Assembly (NCBI GenBank): GCA_031256725.1
Contig: JAIRQE010000006.1
Coordinates: 1 to 32,000, forward strand
DNA length: 32,000 nt
Direction of reading: 5' to 3'
Source of the DNA: Propionibacteriaceae bacterium
GTDB taxonomy: Bacteria > Actinomycetota > Actinomycetes > Propionibacteriales > Propionibacteriaceae
The position numbers and the translations under genes were made by a program. The notes under the pieces were generated by a model. The model did not search any database. It worked only from the letters and a program-made list of their open reading frames with translations, and had not been told where the DNA came from. This document shows, piece by piece, positions 1-8,126 of the stretch; position 1 is the stretch's first letter, and each line of letters begins with the position of its first letter.

Positions 1-188
1 GGCGGGGCCACTTGAACTGGCCGGGTACCATTGCCATGTGGTTGGTGATGGATTAATAGGCCACTGGCCGCTCGCGGTGGGTGCTCGAACTCGGTATTAG
101 GCAATTCGGGATCAGCCAATACCTGCATGGTTCTGAGCGTACAGCCACTCCTGTGTGGAGTCGTCGGGTGGGTTGAGCGGCACCCTAG

Positions 189-220
189 CCGCCCTGAGGC
201 AGCGTCTCGCCTCGGGGCGG
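189..220. terminator. GC-rich imperfect hairpin 11 nt beyond the dgt stop; possible terminator
   Basis: Arms ccgccctgagg (189-199) and cctcggggcgg (210-220) with a 10-nt loop. One position is a U.G wobble on the + strand RNA and a C/A mismatch on the - strand RNA. No clear U-tract on either side. Confidence 0.3.
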
Positions 221-231
221 CGTTCATATGT

Positions 232-1356
232 TTAGAGCCCTCGTCCAATACCTGGAGGTATCTTTGTCAGGTCATATCCTACGAGTGCTTCGGCTTGTTC
301 AAAGGCAAAACGATCAGTCATTCCTGCGACGTAGGCGACTGCTCTCCAGACCCTCTCGTCAAGGTTATCCAAGATTTCTGGGGGGCTTTGCCAGTCATCT
401 GGCACCAGGTCTGGATGGCTGATGAGGTGATCAACGAGGGCTCTGAGAATATCAATGACTGCTTCTGCTTGGGCAACAGATTCATCGCGCATATAGATTC
501 GCTCATAGTTGAATTGGCGAAGCGCAGCTAAAGCGGTAGAGGTCGTGGGATCCATGCCTACTGTACCTTCGCGACATGTGGTTTCGATCATGGAACCAAT
601 GAAGGCACGAAGCTGCTGGGATCTTTTCCCTCCTGCTACCTGTACCACAGTGTCAGGGATCTCTGTACTGGTGACGATCCCCGCATAGAGCGCATCCTCA
701 AGATCATGGGCACAATACGCAATCCGATCTGCCCAAGAAACGATCTCGCCTTCAATAGTCGCAGGAGCGGGTTGAGACCAGGAGTGGCGCCGAATCCCGT
801 CCAAGGTTTCGCTACATAGGTTAAGGTGGCGCAGAACCACATCGGCACCCCAGGGGCCGTGCTCGTACCCACCAGGAATATAGGGGTCGAAGGCATCTTC
901 GGAGGCATGCCCCCCAGGTCCATGCCCACAGTCATGGCCTAGGGCAATAGCATCCGTCAAGGTGGTATTTGCCCCGATACCGCGAGCGATTGCCGTAGCC
1001 ACTTGAGCAACTTCCAAAGCATGGGTGAGTCGAGTTCTTTGATGGTCCTTGGGGTACACCACAACCTGGGTCTTGCCTGCAAGCCTTCTAAAGGCAGAGG
1101 AGTGAACGATGCGATCCCGATCCCGCTCGAAACAGGTTCGATAAGGATCAGGCTGTTCTAGTACTGCTCTGTTTCCGCTACCTTGAGCAAGAGTTGCGCC
1201 TAAAGCGAGGGTCTCTTGCTCGATTCTTTCCCGATCTTGCCTCATGATGGGTTGAGGACAACGAATATGTGTACGACTGTTGGTATGCGCAGTGACGACG
1301 CCACGATCCTCGTGGCCTTTCATAGTGGATGCCCACAGTTGTGCTCGCTCTGTCAT
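232..1356 (-). CDS. dgt: dGTPase-like deoxynucleoside triphosphate triphosphohydrolase (HD domain)
   Basis: 374-aa ORF with HD-phosphohydrolase signatures (RLTHALEVAQVA, GHDCGHGPGGH, DRIAYCAHDLEDA) and a FERDRDRI motif typical of the Dgt family. AGGAG lies about 11 nt upstream of the ATG. Co-directional with dnaG and 86 nt downstream of it. Confidence 0.9.
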   Translation of the reverse strand: MTERAQLWASTMKGHEDRGVVTAHTNSRTHIRCPQPIMRQDRERIEQETLALGATLAQGSGNRAVLEQPDPYRTCFERDRDRIVHSSAFRRLAGKTQVVVYPKDHQRTRLTHALEVAQVATAIARGIGANTTLTDAIALGHDCGHGPGGHASEDAFDPYIPGGYEHGPWGADVVLRHLNLCSETLDGIRRHSWSQPAPATIEGEIVSWADRIAYCAHDLEDALYAGIVTSTEIPDTVVQVAGGKRSQQLRAFIGSMIETTCREGTVGMDPTTSTALAALRQFNYERIYMRDESVAQAEAVIDILRALVDHLISHPDLVPDDWQSPPEILDNLDERVWRAVAYVAGMTDRFAFEQAEALVGYDLTKIPPGIGRGL

Positions 1357-1442
1357 ATCATGAGTATCTCCTACTTATGCGACATAATGCATAATTGGCC
1401 AGTGTATGGTCAGGGCTCACAGTCTTTGATGGTGAATGATTG

Positions 1443-3272
1443 TCAGTCCCCACTGATAAGAATCTTGAGTTCCTTACGGCGTACTTCCAAGTCGATCATT
1501 TCTTTGAAGACCCCCTGATAGGCCTGCTCATCCGTGATCGGATTCATCCTTTGAAGCTTGGACTTTACATCGACAAGATCGCGCTCAATACTGACGAGCG
1601 TGAGCTTTGCAGCGTACTCTCGTGCATGACGTTCAGATAATTCTGTGAGCGGAGGTTCCACACTGAGTTGGAGTGCAAGATCTTTGAGATCCTCATGGGT
1701 GAGACGTTCGATAATGGTGGATGTCCAACGGGAATAGTCCGACCCAGCAGCCAGGATTGTGCGAAACAGAGCCCGGTAGGCTCCGTGGGTGAAGTCCCGT
1801 TCTTGGAGACAGTACCAAGGCTCCTCCCCATCAAAGAGGGTGGGAGATTGAAGAATCATCTTCAGGGTATCCCTCTCGGCCACTAGGCTTCGATCTCCAG
1901 GGGCAGGAAGGGTGGCACCAGACACAGTGGGAGCCGATTCCTTCATAGGGGGTGGCTGTTGGGATGATTTCGGGGTCGACAGTAATTCACGACGCGCAAT
2001 CCGCGGATCCAAACTCAACAGAAAAGCCAATTCTTCGATATAGATGTTGACCTTAGATTGATCCCTGATGGATTTCATTAGGGGAGCGCAGGCTCTCGCA
2101 GCAGCCAGGCGAGCATCAGGATGACTGAGGTCGTACTGGGCTAGGATGTTGTCTCGCACGAAGATGTACAGAGGAATCTTGCGCGCAATGAGATCCCGTA
2201 CCGCCTGATCCCCCTTCTGTAAACGAAGGTCGCAAGGATCCAAGCCCGATGGCTCTATAGCTGCCCAGGTTGAGGCGATGAAAAGAGAGTCCTCTTTGAA
2301 GACTTTCAGTGCAGCATTTCGACCAGCGTCATCTCCATCGAAGGTGAAGATCACCTCCCCTGAGGAGGCTCGGTCACCCATCAAGCGTTGGAGCATTTTG
2401 GCGTGATCTGCACCAAAGGCTGTACCACACGATGCAACGGCAACCCCAATACCAGACAGGTGACATGCCATGACATCGGTGTACCCTTCCACGATGACAG
2501 CCTGGGAGGAGGTACCAATGGCAGTTCGTGCAAGATCAAGTCCGTACAGGACATGGGATTTTCGGTAGATCGGGGTTTCCGGTGTGTTGATGTACTTTCC
2601 AGGCATACGATCATCGTCGAAGATTCGTCGAGCTCCGAAACCAAGGACAGCCTGACCAGCATCACGAATGGGCCATATAAGACGTGATTGGAAGAAGTCC
2701 CAGCCCCCCGATCTCATCAGTCCAGCTTCAAGGATTTCCTCATCACGGAACCCGCGGGATTTGAGATGAGCGGCCAACTCTTTCCCACCACGAGGTGCGA
2801 AACCTACGGAGAATTTTTGGGCGGCTTCCTGGTCGAATCCCCGCTGGGTCAGGAACTCTCGACCGGGTTTTGCGGGAGTGGTACCAAGATGGTCCATGAA
2901 GAATTCCGTAGCAATGGCATTGGCTTCCAGGAGTCGTACCCTAGAAATTCCATCGGATTTTGCTTCCTCGGTGTACCTCAGGCGTACTCCGTACTTATCG
3001 GCAAGAAACTCGACGGCCTCACGGAAGGAAAGATTGTTGATCTCTTGGACGAAGCTGACGGTATCCCCACCCTTGCCACATCCGAAGCAGTAATAGAGGC
3101 CACGTCCTGGGGTGACCTGGAAGCTCGGGGTCTTTTCGTCATGGAAGGGGCACAGGCCCTTCATGGTTCCTGCCCCAGAGGGTTTGAGCGTGACATAGGG
3201 GGAGACCACATCATCAATGCGTGCTCGTGAGCGTACCTCGTCGAGGTCCTCATCATTGATGAAACCGGTCAT
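1443..3272 (-). CDS. dnaG: DNA primase DnaG
   Basis: Zinc-finger motif CPFHDEKTPSFQV...YYCFGCGKGGD, TOPRIM core (VIVEGYTDV, FDGDDAG) and a long C-terminal helicase-interaction region. I trimmed the ORF-track start (3305) to the ATG at 3272 (MTGFINDEDLDEV...) because that N-terminus matches the usual actinobacterial DnaG N-terminus. Confidence 0.95.
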   Translation of the reverse strand: MTGFINDEDLDEVRSRARIDDVVSPYVTLKPSGAGTMKGLCPFHDEKTPSFQVTPGRGLYYCFGCGKGGDTVSFVQEINNLSFREAVEFLADKYGVRLRYTEEAKSDGISRVRLLEANAIATEFFMDHLGTTPAKPGREFLTQRGFDQEAAQKFSVGFAPRGGKELAAHLKSRGFRDEEILEAGLMRSGGWDFFQSRLIWPIRDAGQAVLGFGARRIFDDDRMPGKYINTPETPIYRKSHVLYGLDLARTAIGTSSQAVIVEGYTDVMACHLSGIGVAVASCGTAFGADHAKMLQRLMGDRASSGEVIFTFDGDDAGRNAALKVFKEDSLFIASTWAAIEPSGLDPCDLRLQKGDQAVRDLIARKIPLYIFVRDNILAQYDLSHPDARLAAARACAPLMKSIRDQSKVNIYIEELAFLLSLDPRIARRELLSTPKSSQQPPPMKESAPTVSGATLPAPGDRSLVAERDTLKMILQSPTLFDGEEPWYCLQERDFTHGAYRALFRTILAAGSDYSRWTSTIIERLTHEDLKDLALQLSVEPPLTELSERHAREYAAKLTLVSIERDLVDVKSKLQRMNPITDEQAYQGVFKEMIDLEVRRKELKILISGD

Positions 3273-3320
3273 ACAGGCAAGTCTAGTACCTCCACCCTCG
3301 AGCAATTATTGTAATATCCA

Positions 3321-3340
3321 TCTGTGAGGTGATTCACAGA
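3321..3340. promoter_or_regulatory. Perfect CRP/GlxR-type palindrome TGTGA-N6-TCACA in the dnaG/sigma divergent intergenic region
   Basis: tcTGTGAggtgatTCACAga has 7-bp perfect inverted arms with a 6-nt spacer. It is identical to the CRP-family consensus half-sites. It sits about 58 nt upstream of the dnaG ATG and about 90 nt upstream of the sigma ATG. Confidence 0.45.
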
Positions 3341-3420
3341 AGCAAGTGTTGTCACGATGAGGACGGGGTAATCCTGTGGAGAAGGACCACAAGTGAGATG
3401 GAAACCGTCACAGTATAGGT

Positions 3421-4056
3421 ATGAGCATCACACACAATGACCATGAGACAGTTCTAGCCAAGAGGATCGAAGCAGGACTCATTGCCCAAGAGGTCCTTGA
3501 TGGGGGGCACTGTTCACTCCAAGCCTCCCCCCAGGAACTTCAAATTCTCGTCGATGAAGGTAGGCAAGCTAAGGAGGAACTGATCTTGGCCCACCTGGGT
3601 CTCGTACGCGTTATTGCAGCCGAGGCAGTCAGGAGGGGGAGTGGCTCCATGGCCGATCTCTTCCAAGAGGGCTGTCTTGCCCTTCACCATGCAGTCATGA
3701 AATATGACTGGAGGAAGGGCGGGTTTGGTCCCTACGCAGGAATGTGGATTCGGTCTGCTGTACGCAATAATCGTTCCCGCCCATGGGTCACCCTCGACCA
3801 AGTCGAGATCGTCGATATGAGTGTCGAGCAAGGGATGGAACAAGCAGTGGTACACGAGGGGCTCACCCGTGTACTTAATCTTATGGACCCCAGACAGAGT
3901 CAGGTTTTGCGTTTAAGAACAGGATGGGAGGGACGTCCACGTACGCGTAAAACCATTGCCACTGAGCTTGGTTTGACGATCGCTCAGGTTCGACATTTAG
4001 AGAAACAGGGGCTGGAAACCGCGAGATTCCATTGGGAACAGGCCCAGGCTGCCTAA
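3421..4056 (+). CDS. Small sigma-70 family RNA polymerase sigma factor (regions 1.2/2 and 4; no obvious region 3)
   Basis: 211 aa. Region 1.2-like LAKRIEAGL, region 2 (LILAHLGLVRVIA, DLFQEGCLALHHAVMKYD, YAGMWIRSAVR) and a region 4.2 HTH (TRKTIATELGLTIAQVRHLEKQGL). No Shine-Dalgarno before the ATG, so the transcript may be leaderless. Confidence 0.8.
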   Translation: MSITHNDHETVLAKRIEAGLIAQEVLDGGHCSLQASPQELQILVDEGRQAKEELILAHLGLVRVIAAEAVRRGSGSMADLFQEGCLALHHAVMKYDWRKGGFGPYAGMWIRSAVRNNRSRPWVTLDQVEIVDMSVEQGMEQAVVHEGLTRVLNLMDPRQSQVLRLRTGWEGRPRTRKTIATELGLTIAQVRHLEKQGLETARFHWEQAQAA

Positions 4057-4144
4057 GGTGAGTCGTCGTGAGTTCGCTCCATAGGGGAGGATGCCGGTAC
4101 GATTAGCTGCGGTTGAATCCCATCCCTAGTCCAAGGAGTACACC

Positions 4145-5491
4145 TTGCCCAGCACAGTTGAAAGACTCAGTGATACACGCGCCAAGCTCTCGATTGAGAT
4201 TCCCTTCGAGGATCTCAAGCCCGCCATTAATAAGGCTTATCGTGAACTTGCATCCCAGATAACTATTCCTGGGTTCCGTAAAGGGCATATCCCTCCAGGA
4301 ATGATTGATGCTCGCTTGGGTCGTGAGACTGTTCTTGGTGAAGCTTTGAATGCAATGTTGCCTGATGTTTACGCCGAGGCGATGGAATCCCATGGTTTGA
4401 CCCCACTGAGCCAACCGCAGATTGACATGGGCTCTTTGGAGGATGGCAAGCCGGTTGAGATCACTGTGGAAGTGGATGTATTGCCAGACTTTGATCTCCC
4501 TGATTTCTCCACAGTGTCCGTAACTGTGTACCCAGCCGAGAATGTTGATGAGGCTGTTGACGAAAGACTCACCGTTTTGCGTGAGCGTTTCGCTGAAGTG
4601 AATGAGGTTGATCGCGCCTGTAAGGATGGGGACCAGGTGAAGATTGACCTTGTAGCCAGTCGCGATGGCAAACAACTAGATGATGCTAATGCTGAAGGCC
4701 TCACCTATGTTGTTGGCTCTGGCCAGATGCTTGATGGTCTTGACGAGGCCGTGAAGGGCTGTAAGGCAGGAGATGTAAAGACCTTCTCATCGGCTCTCGT
4801 TGGGGGTGCTCTTGAGGGTGAGACTGCTGATATTACGGTCACTGTAACCTCGGTTGAGGAGCGTGTACTTCCAGAAATCGATGATGAGTTTGCCCAGATG
4901 GTTTCCCAGTTCGACTCTGCGGACGAAATGAAGGAGGACCTACGTAAGGCTGTTGAAAGAATGGGGCTCTACGAGCAGATCTCAGAAGCTCGAAACCAGG
5001 TGCTTGATGAAGTGATTTCCGCAACCCAGTTCGAGATTCCTGAGGCGCTCGTTGTCGACGAAACCCAGTCGCGTCTGTCGCAGATCAATGAACAGCTCAA
5101 GGCCGCAGGAATAACCATGGACGAGTTCCTGCAACGCCGCGGTGATCCGAAGGTATCTACGCCTGAGGAGTTTGAGGCAAGTACCCGTGAATCAGTTGAA
5201 CGCGGAATCCGTGCCGAGATTATCTTGAGCAGGGTTGTACGTGAAGAGCAGGTCAGCGTAGATCAGCAGGATCTGACGAATTTCGTACTACAGAAGGCTC
5301 AAGACAACGGTACAACCCCTGACCAGGAGATTGAGCACATGCACAGCCATGGTCACCTCCAGGAATGGATCTCCCAGATCCGCCAATCGAAGGCTCTCGA
5401 TGTGATTGCAACAAAGGCAACGGTGAAGGATACCAAGGGGAAGGTCATTGATGTGGCATCGATCCTGAATCCTCCCACTGACGCTGAGTAA
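4145..5491 (+). CDS. tig: Trigger factor (ribosome-associated PPIase chaperone)
   Basis: 448 aa. N-terminus (M)PSTVERLSDTRAKLSIEIPFEDL and GFRKGHIP ribosome-binding motif. TTG start with AAGGAG 6 nt upstream. Followed by clpP1P2-clpX as in most bacteria. Confidence 0.95.
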   Translation: MPSTVERLSDTRAKLSIEIPFEDLKPAINKAYRELASQITIPGFRKGHIPPGMIDARLGRETVLGEALNAMLPDVYAEAMESHGLTPLSQPQIDMGSLEDGKPVEITVEVDVLPDFDLPDFSTVSVTVYPAENVDEAVDERLTVLRERFAEVNEVDRACKDGDQVKIDLVASRDGKQLDDANAEGLTYVVGSGQMLDGLDEAVKGCKAGDVKTFSSALVGGALEGETADITVTVTSVEERVLPEIDDEFAQMVSQFDSADEMKEDLRKAVERMGLYEQISEARNQVLDEVISATQFEIPEALVVDETQSRLSQINEQLKAAGITMDEFLQRRGDPKVSTPEEFEASTRESVERGIRAEIILSRVVREEQVSVDQQDLTNFVLQKAQDNGTTPDQEIEHMHSHGHLQEWISQIRQSKALDVIATKATVKDTKGKVIDVASILNPPTDAE

Positions 5492-5560
5492 CTGTGCTGA
5501 AAGCGAACATTTCGAGAGATAACACGGATTTGTCGTGGTGAGAGGGTAACGTTCCATCTC

Positions 5561-6178
5561 GTGAGCGATTTTTCCTTCCCCACTTTGGGATTGCCTGCAT
5601 CATCGGGCAGCATGAACGACGCCGTCTACCAAGCGTTACTGGCTAACCGCATCATCTTTCTTGGTTCAGAGGTTCGTGACGAAAATGCCAATGCCATCTG
5701 CGCCCAGATGTTATTGCTGCATGCAGAAGATCCAGTCAAAGACATCTATCTCTACATCAACTCCCCTGGAGGTGCTATTCACTCTGGAATGGCGATCTTC
5801 GACACCATGCAGTGGATCTCGAATGATGTCTCCACTGTGGCTATGGGAATGGCTGCCTCCATGGGGCAGTTCCTACTCTCGGCTGGAGCTCAGGGGAAGA
5901 GGTACGCTTTGCCGCACTCCCTGATTATGATGCACCAACCCCTGGGTGGACTTGGTGGTACAGCCTCAGATATTCGAATCCAAGCTGAGCAGTCGGTGAA
6001 GACCAAGAAGACCATGAGCCAACTCATTGCTCAGCACACTGGTCAAACCGTGGAGCAGATCGAGATTGACTCTGATCGCGACCGATGGTTTACAGCTGAA
6101 GAGGCTAAGGCCTATGGGTTCATCGATCATGTCTTCGAGCGAGCTAGTCAAATCAACTCCGACGCCCCCATTACCTAA
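5561..6178 (+). CDS. clpP1: ATP-dependent Clp protease proteolytic subunit ClpP1
   Basis: 205 aa with a GTG start. Catalytic triad context is intact (GMAASMG Ser, MHQP His, DRDRWF Asp). Collinear with actinobacterial ClpP1, including the roughly 17-aa N-terminal extension. Confidence 0.93.
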   Translation: MSDFSFPTLGLPASSGSMNDAVYQALLANRIIFLGSEVRDENANAICAQMLLLHAEDPVKDIYLYINSPGGAIHSGMAIFDTMQWISNDVSTVAMGMAASMGQFLLSAGAQGKRYALPHSLIMMHQPLGGLGGTASDIRIQAEQSVKTKKTMSQLIAQHTGQTVEQIEIDSDRDRWFTAEEAKAYGFIDHVFERASQINSDAPIT

Positions 6179-6188
6179 AGGAACGCCC

Positions 6189-6827
6189 ATGCCGATCAAT
6201 TCATATCCTGGTGGCCAAGCACCCATGATGCCGCAGGCTGACTACTATATTCCTCAGTGGGAGGAACGTACGAGCTACGGAGTACGCCGAGTTGACCCCT
6301 ATACCAAGCTCTTTGAAGAGAGAATCATCTTCTTGGGTACCCCCATCTCTGACGATATTGCTAATGCGGTGATGGCGCAGTTGTTGTGTCTGCAATCAAT
6401 GGATGCCGAGCGACAGATCAGCATCTATATCAATTCTCCAGGAGGATCCTTTACTGCGTTGACAGCCATCTATGACACCATGCGCTTCGTGAAGCCCGAT
6501 ATTCAGACAGTATGTCTGGGTCAAGCTGCTTCGGCTGCTGCGGTCCTGCTGTCAGCTGGTACGAAAGGAAAACGATTGGCTTTGCCAAATTCGCGAATCC
6601 TGATCCATCAGCCAGCCATCTCTGGTGATGGTTCTTATGGGCAATCCTCCGATTTAGAGATCCAAGCCAAAGAGATCATGAGAATTCGTACACAGATGGA
6701 GGAGATGCTTGCATCCAACACTGGTCAAGATGTTGAAAAGATTTCCCTTGATATTGAACGTGACAAGTACCTCACGGCTCAAGAAGCCAAGGAGTACGGC
6801 ATCATTGACGATATCCTGAGCAGCTAG
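6189..6827 (+). CDS. clpP2: ATP-dependent Clp protease proteolytic subunit ClpP2
   Basis: 212 aa from the ATG at 6189 (MPINSYPGG...), which lies 10 nt after the clpP1 stop and is preceded by AAAGGA. The ORF-track start 6027 overlaps clpP1 and is rejected. Triad context: [18 protein letters not shown]. Confidence 0.93.
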   Translation: MPINSYPGGQAPMMPQADYYIPQWEERTSYGVRRVDPYTKLFEERIIFLGTPISDDIANAVMAQLLCLQSMDAERQISIYINSPGGSFTALTAIYDTMRFVKPDIQTVCLGQAASAAAVLLSAGTKGKRLALPNSRILIHQPAISGDGSYGQSSDLEIQAKEIMRIRTQMEEMLASNTGQDVEKISLDIERDKYLTAQEAKEYGIIDDILSS

Positions 6828-6852
6828 TCTAACGGGTCCTGGAGAGGAAGAT

Positions 6853-8121
6853 ATGGCAAGACTAGGCGAGTCCAGTGAACTGCTGAAATGCTCATTCTGT
6901 GGGAAGAGCCAAAAGCAGGTCATCAAACTCATTGCAGGCCCAGGGGTGTACATCTGTGATGAGTGTATTGACCTGTGTAACGAGATCATCGACGAGGAGT
7001 TGAGTGGTGCTGGCGAACTGAATGTGACGGACTCCCTGCCCAAACCAGAGCAGATCAATGATTTCCTGGATGAGTATGTCATAGGCCAAGACTTCGCCAA
7101 GAAGGCATTAGCTGTAGCCGTCTATAACCACTATAAGCGCGTACACCTGGTTCCTGCTCCCAAGTCTGGGGAGGAGAGAGTCGAACTCGCTAAGTCGAAT
7201 ATCTTGCTCATGGGTCCAACAGGGTGCGGCAAGACCTATCTGGCGCAAACTCTTGCTCGGATGCTTAATGTTCCTTTTGCGATGGCAGATGCGACAGCTT
7301 TGACGGAAGCTGGCTATGTGGGTGAGGATGTGGAGAATATCCTTCTTAAACTCCTGCAGGCTGCTGACCATGATGTGAAGAAAGCAGAGACCGGAATCAT
7401 CTACATTGATGAGATCGACAAGGTGTCTCGCAAGGCGGAGAATCCTTCGCTGACAAGGGATGTCTCTGGTGAGGGAGTCCAACAGGCACTCTTGAAGATC
7501 CTTGAAGGAACAGTTGCCTCCGTACCCCCGCAGGGAGGCCGCAAACACCCCCATCAGGATTACATCCAGGTCAATACCAACAACATCTTATTCATTGTTG
7601 GTGGTGCCTTTGCCGGATTAGAGGACATCGTTGCCACCCGTTTGGGTAACCATCCGCTTGGCTTTACGAAGACCCAGATTGCGGCTCCCATATCCAAGGA
7701 TGAGCTCTTCCGCCATGTACGGCCAGAGGATCTCCATAAGTTCGGGCTGATTCCTGAGTTCATTGGTCGTCTTCCCATGATTGCTGCTGTTGAGGGCTTG
7801 GATCGTGAGACTTTGATCCGAATCCTAGTTGAGCCGAAAAACTCTTTGATCAAACAATTCCGTAAACTCTTTGAACTTGATGGGGTTGACCTGGAATTCA
7901 CCGAGGATGCTATCACTGCTATCGCTGATCTTGCCTTAGAGAGGAAGACAGGGGCTCGGGGGCTTCGGGCCATCGTTGAGGAAACCCTCCTCGATGTGAT
8001 GTTCGAGGTCCCAAGTCGTTCCGAGATTGCCCGAGTCATCGTCGATGCAGATGCGATCCGAGGTGAGAGACCAGTAGTACTCGTTCCCAAGACAGGCCTA
8101 CTGGAAAAGAGAGCTGCCTGA
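6853..8121 (+). CDS. clpX: ATP-dependent Clp protease ATP-binding subunit ClpX
   Basis: 422 aa. N-terminal zinc-binding domain (CSFCGKSQ...YICDECI), Walker A GPTGCGKT, Walker [10 protein letters not shown] and an LIPEFIGR-type motif. Confidence 0.97.
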   Translation: MARLGESSELLKCSFCGKSQKQVIKLIAGPGVYICDECIDLCNEIIDEELSGAGELNVTDSLPKPEQINDFLDEYVIGQDFAKKALAVAVYNHYKRVHLVPAPKSGEERVELAKSNILLMGPTGCGKTYLAQTLARMLNVPFAMADATALTEAGYVGEDVENILLKLLQAADHDVKKAETGIIYIDEIDKVSRKAENPSLTRDVSGEGVQQALLKILEGTVASVPPQGGRKHPHQDYIQVNTNNILFIVGGAFAGLEDIVATRLGNHPLGFTKTQIAAPISKDELFRHVRPEDLHKFGLIPEFIGRLPMIAAVEGLDRETLIRILVEPKNSLIKQFRKLFELDGVDLEFTEDAITAIADLALERKTGARGLRAIVEETLLDVMFEVPSRSEIARVIVDADAIRGERPVVLVPKTGLLEKRAA

Positions 8122-8126
8122 TTCGT

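Noticed and set aside
1-227. The minus-strand frame is open from the left edge up to 317, with ATGs at 227 and 128 (from 128: MQVLADPELPNTEFEHPPRAASGLLIHHQPHGNGTRPVQVAP...). A + strand frame also ends at the TAA at 54-56.
   Set aside because: At most about 42-75 codons are visible, with no recognisable motif and no clear SD. I cannot tell a real gene start from a chance open frame, so it is not reported as a feature.
127-531. 134-aa + strand ORF (and the 228-422 ORF) at the left end.
   Set aside because: Entirely antisense to the well-supported dgt gene. It has low-complexity, non-protein-like sequence and is a shadow ORF.
1375-1396. ttATGCgacataATGCAtaatt between dnaG and dgt, considered as a possible ARG box because of the ATGCA core.
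   Set aside because: The ATGC elements are direct, not inverted, and the spacing does not fit TGCAT-N4-ATGCA. There is also no functional link to arginine genes.
2688-3230. 180-aa + strand ORF.
   Set aside because: Antisense to dnaG, which has unmistakable primase motifs. Shadow ORF.
4082-4128. A segment with ggttgaatcc, reminiscent of a tRNA T-arm, upstream of tig, where some actinobacteria carry tRNA genes.
   Set aside because: The flanking bases do not form a T-stem. No acceptor or anticodon arms can be drawn, and the segment is too short. It is neither a tRNA nor a convincing remnant.
4103-4675. 190-aa minus-strand ORF.
   Set aside because: Antisense to trigger factor. No motifs and no SD. 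Shadow ORF.
7560-8090. 176-aa minus-strand ORF rich in Ser/Arg/Thr.
   Set aside because: Antisense to clpX. The composition is typical of the reverse frame of a GC3-biased gene.
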